A stretch of DNA of 64,000 nt, from positions 96,001 to 160,000 of the forward strand of contig CAWFQB010000006.1 of NCBI GenBank assembly GCA_963817895.1, written 5' to 3'. The number at the start of each line of letters is the position of its first letter. The first letter of the stretch is position 1. Shown in pieces: positions 21,087 to 31,174 of this stretch. The position numbers and the translations under genes were made by a program. Under the pieces are notes generated by a model. It saw nothing but the letters and a program-made list of their open reading frames with translations. It searched no databases and had not been told where the DNA came from. This stretch comes from an uncultured Chthonomonadaceae bacterium. GTDB taxonomy: Bacteria; Armatimonadota; Chthonomonadetes; Chthonomonadales; Chthonomonadaceae.

Positions 21087-22952
21087 ATGGTTTATAATCC
21101 GCAGAATCCGCTGATTGTGCAGTCCGACCGGACGGCGCTGCTGGAAGTGGACAATCCCCGCTACGCCGAGTGCCGCGACCAACTGGCCGCTTTCTGCGAA
21201 CTCATCAAATCCCCCGAACATATCCATACCTATCGCCTGACGCCGCTCTCCCTGTGGAATGCCCGCGCCGCCGGTGTTTCGGCGGAAGAGATGGTAGGCG
21301 TTCTCAACGAGTACAGCAAGTACGACGTGCCGGGCAATATTCTGCACGAGATACGCGATTACGTGGGCCGGTACGGACGCCTGAAATTGTTCAAGCAGGA
21401 CAACGCCCTGATGCTGCAATCCGATGACAACCTGCTGATGACCGAAATCCGGCACAACAAGCAGATTCAGAAATACCTGATACGGCTCATTGACGCGCGC
21501 ACGATGGAGATTCCCCTGCTGGAGCGCGGGCGTGTCAAGCAGGTGTTGCTAAAATTGGGCTTTCCCGTCGAGGATTTGGCGGGCTACACGGACGGCGAAG
21601 CGCTGGAGGTGCGCCTGCGCGAAGTGACCCGGGCGGGCAAGCCGTTTATGCCGCGCCACTATCAGGAGGAGGCCGCCAATCAGTTCTGGATGGGCGGCTC
21701 GGCTGCGGGCGGCAGCGGCGTCCTCGTCCTGCCCTGCGGCGCGGGCAAAACCATCATCGGCATACAGGCGATGGCGCTGGCGCAGATGCGTACCCTGATT
21801 ATCGTGACCGGCATCACCGCCGCCCACCAGTGGCGCGATGAGATACTGGATAAAACCACAATCTCTCCCGACGACATCGGCGAGTACAGCGGCGAAGTGA
21901 AGAATATCCGCCCCATCACCATTGCCACCTATCAGGTGCTGACCGCCCGCCGCGATCCCAACAAAGTGAAGAAGGGAAAAGGGAAAAGGGAAAAGGGAAA
22001 AGAGGGGGAAGAGACTTCGGACGCGGGCGATTTTGCCGAAGTGGAACTCGACGATTGGGATGGGGCGGCAGCGGCGGCGGGAATTTCGACGGACAGCGCG
22101 ACTGCGCCCGAAGTGCTGGGCGGCGCGGAAGGCTATCTTAATCTGGAACTGTTCAACCGCCACGATTGGGGCATGATCGTGTACGACGAGGTTCACCTGC
22201 TGCCCGCGCCCGTGTTCCGCATCACCGCCGAGATTCAGGCCAAGCGGCGATTGGGACTAACGGCGACTCTGGTGCGCGAGGACGGGCGCGAGGACGATGT
22301 GTTCTCGCTCATCGGACCCAAAAAAGCCGATGTGCCGTGGAAGGAACTGGAAAAGCAGGGCTGGATCGCCACCGCCATTTGTACCGAAATCCGTATTCCG
22401 ATGGAAGAAAACAACCGGCTGGAATATGCCATTGCCGACCCCCGCGAAAAGTTCCGATTGGCAAGCGTCAACCCGCGCAAGGAGGACATCATCGAGGCGC
22501 TGCTGGAACGGCATCCCGACGACCATATCCTCATCATCGGGCAGTATCTGGAACAACTGCAAAACATCGTGGACAGATTTCAGGCTCCCGTAATTACCGG
22601 CAAAACCCCGCAGCGCGAACGCGAGAAAATTTACGCCGCGTTCAAGAAGGGCGAATTTCGGGTGCTGATTGTCTCGAAAGTCGCCAACTTCTCCATTGAC
22701 CTGCCCGACGCCAATGTCGCCATTCAGGTGTCCGGCACGTTCGGTTCGCGGCAGGAGGAGGCGCAGCGGTTGGGCCGCGTCCTGCGTCCCAAATCGGATG
22801 GCAGCATCGCGCACTTCTACTCGCTCGTCACCCGCGAAAGCCGCGATCAGGAGTTCGCCACGCACCGCCAGCTCTTCCTGACGGAACAGGGCTACCGCTA
22901 CGAAATCATAGACGCCGAAAAACTCGTGCAGAACATGCCGGAAAGAGTTTAG
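21087..22952 (+). CDS. XPB/Ssl2-like DNA helicase
   Basis: PLIVQSD, ELIKSPEHIHTYRLTPLSLWNA, LPCGAGKT, DEVH and QRLGRVLRPK motifs. Confidence 0.95.
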   Translation: MVYNPQNPLIVQSDRTALLEVDNPRYAECRDQLAAFCELIKSPEHIHTYRLTPLSLWNARAAGVSAEEMVGVLNEYSKYDVPGNILHEIRDYVGRYGRLKLFKQDNALMLQSDDNLLMTEIRHNKQIQKYLIRLIDARTMEIPLLERGRVKQVLLKLGFPVEDLAGYTDGEALEVRLREVTRAGKPFMPRHYQEEAANQFWMGGSAAGGSGVLVLPCGAGKTIIGIQAMALAQMRTLIIVTGITAAHQWRDEILDKTTISPDDIGEYSGEVKNIRPITIATYQVLTARRDPNKVKKGKGKREKGKEGEETSDAGDFAEVELDDWDGAAAAAGISTDSATAPEVLGGAEGYLNLELFNRHDWGMIVYDEVHLLPAPVFRITAEIQAKRRLGLTATLVREDGREDDVFSLIGPKKADVPWKELEKQGWIATAICTEIRIPMEENNRLEYAIADPREKFRLASVNPRKEDIIEALLERHPDDHILIIGQYLEQLQNIVDRFQAPVITGKTPQREREKIYAAFKKGEFRVLIVSKVANFSIDLPDANVAIQVSGTFGSRQEEAQRLGRVLRPKSDGSIAHFYSLVTRESRDQEFATHRQLFLTEQGYRYEIIDAEKLVQNMPERV

Positions 22953-23140
22953 CCGCGAATACACGCAAATAGGTTCAATTACAAACAGGATGGAAAGGCG
23001 TGAAATCTTCCATCCTGTTATGTTCCTCTGGTGCAATTCAGATGTTGGCTCTGCTCTATCTTCGTGTTTGGAGAATAGATTAGGTTTGCCGAGATGCGTA
23101 CACGTTGGTAAGTAGACATTTCATAAGTAGAAAAATATAA

Positions 23141-26100
23141 CTAAGAGATTTTACTCAACCCTCCTATTTCTGCCGCACGTTTCTCTAACCGCCGTGCTTC
23201 TACCTGACGAGATTGGTTTCCTCTTGCTGTTTTCCGTATGACGAAAGCAAGGTAACGGAGCATATCTGCAAGTCTAGGATCGCTAAATCCTAAGCTTTTC
23301 TCATAAATTTGTACTGATCGGCGCAACTTTTTCTCTGCATGGTCATAGCGCAATTGTTCCATATCTAAAAGTGCAAGGTTACGCAAACTTATGGCAACAT
23401 CAGGATGTTCCCCTCCTATCAGTTTTCGGCGCATCTCTAAAGCTTGTAAATGCAGAAGTTCCGCCTCTTTGTAGCGACCTAACTTAGTGTAGAGAATAGC
23501 AAGGTTATTGAGGCCTAAGGCAACATCAGGATGTTCCGCCCCCAAGAGTTTTCTTTGTATTTTTAAAGCTTGTAGATGCAGAGGTTCCGCTTCTTTGTAG
23601 CGACCTAAGTCTCTGTAAAGAGTGGCAAGATTGTGGAGGCTCATGGCAACATCAGGATGTTCCGCTCCTAGCACTTTGCTTTGTATTTCTAAGGCTTTCT
23701 GAAGCAACGTTTCCATCTCTGCATAGCGACCTAAGTAACTGTAGAGAGTAGCAAGATTATTGAGGCTCAGAGCAACATGAGGGTGTTCCGCCCCCAAGAG
23801 TTTTCGGCGCATCTCTAAAGCTTGTAGATGCAGAGGCTCCGCCTCTTTGTAGCGACCTAAATAATGGTGAACCATAGCAAGATTGCCCAGACTTCAAAGC
23901 AATATCACGATGTTCTGCGCCAAACAGTCTTCTGCGCATCACTAAGGCTTGTAGATGCAGAGCCTCCGCCTCTCTGTAGCGACCTATATCATGGTATAGA
24001 GTGGCAAGATTGTTGAGGCTCATGGCAATATCAAGATGATCCGCGCCCAAGAGTTTTCGGCGCATCTCCAAAACTTGTAGATGCAGAGCCTCCGCCTCTT
24101 TGTAGCGACCTAAGTTTCTGTAGAGGGTAGCAAGGTTGTGGAGGCTCATGGCAACATCGGGATGTTCAAAGCCGAGCGCTTTCTCCCTGATCTCTTTACC
24201 TAAAAGAAATTGTGGTTCAGCACTGGAGTACTGCCCACGGTCAACCAAATACCATCCTGCATAATCATACATGCGCCCTATCTCTGCGGATGTAAGACAT
24301 TTCCCCTCAACGAGTGCCTTACAAGTTAGAGTGTGGGGCAGTAATGCCGCACAAAGAAACCAGTTTGCATATTCTGGTTGTGGAAACACATAAGATACTG
24401 CATCAACAGTTCGTTTTATCCATATATCCTGCGTATCGGCGTCAGCGAGATCCTGTTTTAATACTTCTTGTACAAGCCGATGGATGCTGTAAGCAGGAAA
24501 GGTTTGGTTGCGCTTGATTAGCGAATATTGGAGTAATGGGAAGAGAACTTCATCAAGTATCACAGGATCTTCATCAGCGCCGAAAAGCGCATCACTAAGA
24601 TGTGGCCCTAACTTCGTTGCCGCTCCTGTCAATATGGCAAAAGGAATGTTGTCAGGATTAAGAAAAGCGCTACAACGCAAGAGGTCTGCCGCAGCCGGAG
24701 ATTCTTCCTCTACTTGCGCAAAGTTAATCGCCCATGTTGTCGCAACGGACTTCTTGTTGTCACCGATAACGGGTTTTTGTTGTTCCAAAAGAAGAATACG
24801 ACGCTTGCGATAACTGACAAGGTAATCAGGAATAAGTGTTTGTCTTTTGAGAATATAGGCTCCTGCCTGCTCCAGAGCTAAGGGCAGATACCCAAGTTCC
24901 TCAGTAAGTTGCTCGGCTGCCAGCCTTGTTTCAACTGATAATTGCTGATTTTCACGCCCTGTACGCTTTAAGAGAAACTGCAACGCTTCTTCAGGGGCCA
25001 TCTCTCCCAATTCAGTAGACGAGGTTATCCCAAGAACATCAAAGGTGTGGGAACGAGAGGTAAGCAGAATATGCCCATTAGATTTGTCAGGGCGATACTT
25101 TACGATCAACTCAGGGTCTTCTACGTTGTCGAAGATGATAAGCCATGAGTTATGTGCGGCAGACAGGAACCGTTTGACCGCCGCAACAATGACAGCCGAT
25201 TGCTCATCATTTTTTTCAAGTAGATTGAGTTTTTCAGCAATCTGCACAAAATCTGTTTGTATGGTGAATTCCGAGTCAGCACGAATCCAGAATATGTAAT
25301 CGTATTCCGATCTATATTTATAAGCATATTCCAGCGCCGTCTGCGTCTTGCCAATGCCCCCAAGACCGCTAATTACTTGCGTCTGAGTCAAAGCAGCCTT
25401 TGCCTCAGACGCAAGAGTTTTATGGAGAGCATCCAGCACTTGATCTCGCCCTGTAAAAAAGGTGTTTTGTTCGTAGGGCAGGTTGTGAACGAGCCTCCTC
25501 AAATCTGTGCCCGGTTCGACAGGGGAGGCTAAGAAGGGTTTGCAGGTTGGTCCTTATGACGTATTTTATTTTTGATATTGGCCCATGCCGCTTGCAGGTT
25601 CGCGCCACTGCCTAGACTAATTTCATTCTCGTAGGAGAGAATAAACGGAATTAGAGGGATGGTAGTTTTGAGTTTGTGCTTGACATCTATCTTGGTGTCA
25701 TCGAATATGGCTTTCGCTTCAGCGACCGGTTCCGCCAGCGGAGAACCAAGGAGTTTTCCGCTCTGTTGCAAGGAAGATAGCGCTACCTGCATAGCGCTCA
25801 ATGTCTGTTGCAAGTCCTGATCAGAAATATGGTCTTGTTGTACAGCAGAGAGAACGGCTTCCGTGTCTTCACGCTGTTGGTCTGTGAGTTGAGTAATGAC
25901 TACAGCCAGAATACGTTGCTGCACCAGCAGGGCATCAAGTTTCTGATCCATGCTTTGCAATTGGGTATCGGCATTGGCTAACTCAGTAGAAGAAGAGCCT
26001 TGAAAGCGAGTTGAGAGACTTTCATACTCGGCTAAAGCTTCGTCATAAGTCTGTTTGGCTTGATCCAAATCTATCCTTATCAAGCTTTTTTCGTTGATGC

Positions 26101-26212
26101 GCGTTTCCACATCATAGCGAGTTGCCAATCGGGTTATTAGCTCATCAAGCTTTTGTAAGCGATCAAGCAGACGGTTGACCGGAGCTTTGACAGGATCAAA
26201 TCCATTACTCAT
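23141..26212 (-). CDS. NB-ARC (STAND) NTPase with C-terminal TPR array and helical N-terminal domain; probably one gene with frameshifts near 25530 and 23890
   Basis: FTGR, GLGGIGKT, LIIFDN and LPLALEQA motifs, 42-aa TPR repeats, three collinear ORFs in an AT-richer segment. Confidence 0.85.
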
Positions 26213-26448
26213 AATAGCACCTCAATCGAGCAAGAATTGGAGCATAGAAGGCGAGTGCAGAGACAGTCAACCTAAAAAGATTTGCGTAGACATAATCATA
26301 TACTAAATCCGGCAACCTGTCAATAGCACGAGCAAGCACAGAAGTAAAATGTTTACGAACAGAGTAATTAGAAACGAGAAGAGCATCCGTTCTTGACGAA
26401 AGCGATCCTTTAGGATATACTAAGTAGGTATTCCATCTGCAAACGTGG

Positions 26449-26533
26449 GGAGAGGTGGCAGAGTGGTCGATTGCACCTGTCTTGAAAACAGGACATCTGC
26501 AAGGATGCGCAGGTTCGAATCCTGTCCTCTCCT
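26449..26533 (+). tRNA. tRNA-Ser(TGA)
   Basis: GGAGAGG.../CCTCTCC, anticodon arm CCTGT-CTTGAAA-ACAGG, long variable arm. Confidence 0.92.
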
Positions 26534-26632
26534 TCATGAAAACGCCCTTTCTTCCGTAACAACGGAGGAAAGGGTATAGTTTTTCATAAGGCAAAATATG
26601 GCGCGATAGATCAGGAAGGGGAGGTTCGTAAG

Positions 26633-26835
26633 ATGACGCTGAATCCAGAATGTTGCCCAAAATCGCGCTGGAACGGTGGCATGGCGTCGCGGAACCAAAA
26701 GACTCTGTTGCGCCCCGTTCCCTTGCGCCTCTTGCCGGGAAATATGAGGGAGAAGCTTGGGACGAACTTCTGACGGAAATCGAAAAGAATCGTCAGCAGG
26801 AAGCCGAAGCGAACGCTGAAGGAAATTACATTTAG
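26633..26835 (+). CDS. Small hypothetical protein (start region possibly frameshifted)
   Basis: GGAGG then ATG at 26633; main frame 26650-26835 reads LAGKYEGEAWDELLTEIEKNRQQE. Confidence 0.5.
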
Positions 26836-26857
26836 ACAAGCGGGTTGGTACAAAATT

Positions 26858-27415
26858 ATGATTTTGTTGGACGAGCAAAGCAAAGAAGAGTCACCGCATT
26901 TACAGCCTCTTTATGCCTGGCTTTCCGAACCGGAAACCAAAGCGTCATTGCAGCGTTGCGCCGATTTCGCTGTTGAGACTCTTCACAACGATACAACTTT
27001 ACGGGTACCCCGTTCCATAGAACAGCGAGAGAATGGATTCACCACCTGGCGAAATGAATGGCGTGACCGTTTGGGAACAGCAATTCAGGAAGAGTTTTTC
27101 AGGCAATTTCCTGGCATAACGCGCAATCTGTCACCAGACAGCATCAAAAATATAGTAATAAAATCTGTATGGCCCCAGGTGGAAGCGGAGCTGATGACGT
27201 TCGCTTTGGAAGGGTTGGCGCGAACATGGGTACGCCGACACATGGGAGATGCGACAACCATAGGACGCCCACGTCTGGAAACAGATCATTGGGTCGTGCC
27301 GATTGGCATCAAAGGCTATGCGGATGATCTTGGGCAAGTGACTTTAGATTCCAATGGAAACGTCATTGAGGCGGCAAGTTCTTCACGCAATGATATGCTG
27401 GCGCGCATCCCATGA
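26858..27415 (+). CDS. Hypothetical protein
   Basis: 185 aa ORF with ATGA overlap to the next gene. Confidence 0.7.
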   Translation: MILLDEQSKEESPHLQPLYAWLSEPETKASLQRCADFAVETLHNDTTLRVPRSIEQRENGFTTWRNEWRDRLGTAIQEEFFRQFPGITRNLSPDSIKNIVIKSVWPQVEAELMTFALEGLARTWVRRHMGDATTIGRPRLETDHWVVPIGIKGYADDLGQVTLDSNGNVIEAASSSRNDMLARIP

Positions 27416-27876
27416 TTGAAGACTTTCCCCTGCTGCAACAGCGCCCGGGAAGCAATAGCTGCCTGCCTGTTGCTGTGACAGCCATCCTACAGCATTTTGG
27501 AGAGAACGTCACTGAAGAGCAAGTATCGGAGTGGTGCGGAGAAAGCCGTGATGGATGTGTTATTGATTTTGCTATGCAGGGGCTGCGCGACCAGGATTAC
27601 GAGGTTCTAGAAATCGCCGATGATCCTGAAACCAGGATACGCGAATATCTCAATGATGAGGATAATCCTCTGCCTGTTTTGGTGACGATTATGCCTGCGT
27701 TCTCTGATGTCATGGATCATGCTGTAGTGTTGGTAGGCATTACTACGGACGCGGCGGGTGAGGAAGTCATAAACCTTATGGATTCCCTGTGCGGTTGTAT
27801 TCAAACTATGTCCATTGATGAATTCTTTCGACAATGGGATAATGCCGGACAACTCGCGTTCCTCATCACAACCTGA
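27412..27876 (+). CDS. Peptidase C39-like cysteine protease
   Basis: QQRPGSNSCLPVA (Q...C), HAVVLVG (H) and MDS (D) pattern. Confidence 0.8.
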   Translation: MIEDFPLLQQRPGSNSCLPVAVTAILQHFGENVTEEQVSEWCGESRDGCVIDFAMQGLRDQDYEVLEIADDPETRIREYLNDEDNPLPVLVTIMPAFSDVMDHAVVLVGITTDAAGEEVINLMDSLCGCIQTMSIDEFFRQWDNAGQLAFLITT

Positions 27877-27903
27877 TGTTCCATCTGGCAAATGTGCCGT
27901 ATC

Positions 27904-27931
27904 CGCAGATTCGAATCCTGTCCTCTCCTTC
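27904..27931 (+). repeat. Direct repeat of the tRNA-Ser 3' end (attR-like)
   Basis: 27/28 identity with 26508-26535. Confidence 0.88.
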
Positions 27932-28645
27932 CAAAATCTCGCCGAATCAAAAAGCCGCATCAAAAAGCCGCTGGAATTCTCGTGTACGTACACACGAAAA
28001 TTCCATCGGCTTTTTTGTTGTCTGGCAAGCGTGGCAGCCAGTTGCGCAAATCTTTCCTGTACCAAAATGGAGCGAACACATCTAAATGTATCAACCCCTG
28101 CCAAATTTTGGCACATCCACCCTGACCTGCGCTAACCCCTCTCCCCTGATTACCAACCACACAAAAAAGTCAGCAAAATAGTAGAAATTAATGAACCACT
28201 TTGGTACATAATGCGTCTGTATATGCAACACACGTCTACAAATCAGCCAGGCGGTGGGCCGTTGAGAGTTCGGAGTTCCTACGAACTCTGCCCTCTCAAC
28301 AATCTAACCTGAAAAGGAGGTGCAAGAAGATGCCTGTACACTCTCCCCGGCCTCCGTAACGCTACTGAGGGCACGCGGCCTCCACTGTAAAATTGCATAC
28401 ACTATCGAGACACCGGGCTGGAAGCGCTGTATTGCCACTATTTCGACGCTGTCTCTACATAAGGTTCATAAAAGGTAGGGATAAACCCCTGTGTTTGCCC
28501 CCATATCTGCCCATGTTTGCCCTCTGTGTACCAAACCCCTCCGCTTTACTGTCATACCACCGGAGAGGATTATCTATCATTCTCCGTAACGACAAAAATG
28601 ACAGCCACGAACGCAATAAAGCGGGACTGGAACAGGAGCCGGAAA

Positions 28646-29437
28646 ATGGCAAAGCGCGTTTGCATTGTGGGTTTGGATGAGCCGGAAGTGGAGCAGATCC
28701 GGGAACGGCTTGCGCCCGGGATCGGGCTGATCGCGCACGAAGCCCTGCCGCGCATCGTGGTCAATGACGGGCAGTTGCTTGTGGAGGGGCGACGTTCGCC
28801 CGGCATGATCGCGGTTGACAAAGTGGTGTTTCACGCCATTTACGAGAACGATCTGGACTTTTTCTGTGGGCTGGCCCTGTGGAACGGGCCGTGCCTGCCT
28901 GATGCGCGGGCCATGATGGACTGCCGCCTGAAACTCCCCTGCCTGATACGCGCCCTGCAATATTCTCGCTTCGGTTCGCCCGCAAGGGGGTACGCGGGGC
29001 CACACGCGCCGCTCTTTACCGAACGCGAACGGGTGGCGAAATGGGGCAACTGGCACTGCGGCGAAAACAAGGCGCGGTTTACGGGAACGTGGACAAGCGA
29101 AAACGCCTGCATTGTGGAGGAGTTTCTGCCGGGAGACGCGGTTCGCGTGGTTGTGATTGGCGACCAATACTGGCAAATTAAGTTGGAGGGCGACGATTGG
29201 CTCAAATCCATCCACGCGCCCAACGCCGCCTTCATGGAAACGGATGCGGAACTGCTGGCCGATACCCGCGCTGTGGGGCAAGCGTTCGGGCTGGAAATCG
29301 TCGCCAATGATTACATTGTCACGCCGCGCGGAACCAAACACCTGCTGGAAGTGAATCACATTCCCAACGTTACGCGCTTCCCGGAAATCTGGGAGGCGTA
29401 TCGCGATTACGTCGTCAACTGGCTTTCCCGCGATTGA
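28646..29437 (+). CDS. ATP-grasp (RimK-like) protein
   Basis: IVEEFLPG, VRVVVIG and LLEVNHIPN (ExN) motifs. Confidence 0.65.
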   Translation: MAKRVCIVGLDEPEVEQIRERLAPGIGLIAHEALPRIVVNDGQLLVEGRRSPGMIAVDKVVFHAIYENDLDFFCGLALWNGPCLPDARAMMDCRLKLPCLIRALQYSRFGSPARGYAGPHAPLFTERERVAKWGNWHCGENKARFTGTWTSENACIVEEFLPGDAVRVVVIGDQYWQIKLEGDDWLKSIHAPNAAFMETDAELLADTRAVGQAFGLEIVANDYIVTPRGTKHLLEVNHIPNVTRFPEIWEAYRDYVVNWLSRD

Positions 29438-29483
29438 CAGGTAATACGGGCTGTGGCGGTGGAAACTGTCTGACGCCTGCGCA

Positions 29484-29512
29484 TTGACACGCTTCCGCCC
29501 GCCTGTTATAAT
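29484..29512 (+). promoter_or_regulatory. Consensus sigma70 promoter
   Basis: TTGACA-17 bp-TGTTATAAT. Confidence 0.8.
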
Positions 29513-29647
29513 GTCATTACGCGCGGAACACAATTTGCAGAACCGCTCACCCGTTCCGTTATCTGAACGGGTGGCCGCCGCAAGGCCGTAGTTCCCGCCT
29601 ACCTATCAACTGAAAACTATCCACTATCCACTGAATTGGGAGTTAAT

Positions 29648-30217
29648 ATGAAATTTACCACTGTTTTGACCTTACTCGCGCTTTCCGGCGTGTGCTGTGG
29701 TTCAGTTAGCGCCGAAGCCACGCCGTTTCAGGCGGAAACCGCCAAACCCGCGCCTGCGCCTGCGGAAAAGCCGAACGCCACTCCCGACCCGGAAAAGGAC
29801 AAGGCCATTCGGCAGCTTCTGGAACTTACGGGCGTGGGCAAAATCGCCAAACAACTCATGCAGCAGATGGTCGCCTCGATGCGGCAGACACAATCGGGTG
29901 TCCCAGATGAGTTTTGGACCGCTTTCCTGAACAAGGCCAAGCCGGAGGAGTTGGTGGATTTAATGGTTCCCATCTACGCCAAATACTACACCAGAGAGGA
30001 CATTGACGGCCTGACCGCCTTTTACCGGACGCCGCTCGGCCAGAAGATGCTGACCAGCCTGCCGGCTCTGATGCAGGACAGCAACGCGGTAGGCGAAAAA
30101 TGGGGCCGCGCCAAAGCCGAAGAGATCATTCGGGAACTTGACAAAAGCTCTGCCCCCGCCAAAACAACGCCCGCCGCAAAGCCCAAGCCCAAAAGCAGCG
30201 GCAAAACCAAAGGCTAA
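29648..30217 (+). CDS. DUF2059 family exported protein
   Basis: Signal peptide; IYAKYYTREDIDGLTAFYRTPLGQK motif. Confidence 0.85.
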   Translation: MKFTTVLTLLALSGVCCGSVSAEATPFQAETAKPAPAPAEKPNATPDPEKDKAIRQLLELTGVGKIAKQLMQQMVASMRQTQSGVPDEFWTAFLNKAKPEELVDLMVPIYAKYYTREDIDGLTAFYRTPLGQKMLTSLPALMQDSNAVGEKWGRAKAEEIIRELDKSSAPAKTTPAAKPKPKSSGKTKG

Positions 30218-30318
30218 TAATCGCCGCCTATCGCCGCCGCAACAACAGGCTTTCGCGCATCTTTGCCCAACCGAACGCCGCTACGCATGGTATAGTTTAT
30301 TGTGAGGCAGCGACAATC

Positions 30319-30795
30319 ATGCCCATTCCCGAATTGAACAGCAACGGCTATCTGCCGCCCGGTATCCACGAAGCAAGCCTGCGCGAAACGCTGGCGCGGT
30401 TCGGTGTCGGTTCCCCGGCGTGGCAGCAAAAAGGCGAACTGTTGCGGCTTGTCGTCGAATCCGCGCAAGCCTACCCGACCATCAAGCGCGTACTCGTGTG
30501 GGGCAGTTTCGTCACGGCAAAATTGGAACCGAACGATCTGGACTACTCTTTGGTCGTCAGCAATAGTCACCGTTTCACCGAAGTTGCGCCTGCCTATCGG
30601 CGTTTCCTTGTACCTTCCGAGGCGCGTTTGTTTTACGGAGTGGATGTAAACTATTTGGTCGTTGTAGATCACCCGGTACAGTTGTATGTCGAACGAGTAG
30701 ATTTCATGTGCCGCCAGCGAAACTAAGCGCCTTCCGGCATTGTCGAAATTCCTTTGCGTGGCGAAGTGTGTATATCTTCTGGAGGCGAATTATGA
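30319..30795 (+). pseudogene. Nucleotidyltransferase-like protein (DUF6932 type) with an in-frame TAA at 30724-30726
   Basis: GYLPPGIH and GSFVT-K-EPNDLD motifs; frame continues as APSGIVEI to a TGA overlapping the next ATG. Confidence 0.7.
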
Positions 30796-31043
30796 TTGAA
30801 GATGAGAATCAACTCCGTTACTCCATTGAGTTGATAGCCAGAATGTATTCCAGTCAGGACCGTGAGGCTGGGGAACCTGTCTGGTCCCCGGAAATACGTG
30901 AGCAAATGGCTGACGATACGAAACACATGCGCTTGAAAATTGAGCGTGAAGTAGCGGAGTATCTGGCGGCTAGGTACGGCTATACGCGCCAGCCGGTAGA
31001 ACTGCCTGCCGCGCCTCCCATGAGGATAGAACAAGCGGCGTGA
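30792..31043 (+). CDS. Small helical partner protein (antitoxin-like)
   Basis: GGAGG RBS, MIEDENQL start, ATGA coupling. Confidence 0.65.
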   Translation: MIEDENQLRYSIELIARMYSSQDREAGEPVWSPEIREQMADDTKHMRLKIEREVAEYLAARYGYTRQPVELPAAPPMRIEQAA

Positions 31044-31174
31044 GAAGAGGGCTTGTTTCAGAGCGAACGACTTTGCGCAGGCGAATTTTGTATGAACTAT
31101 GAGGATAAGCCCAATCCTGTTAATCCTTTAATCCTGCAAATCATGGTTCAAAACGATGGCTGAAGGAGTGGAAC

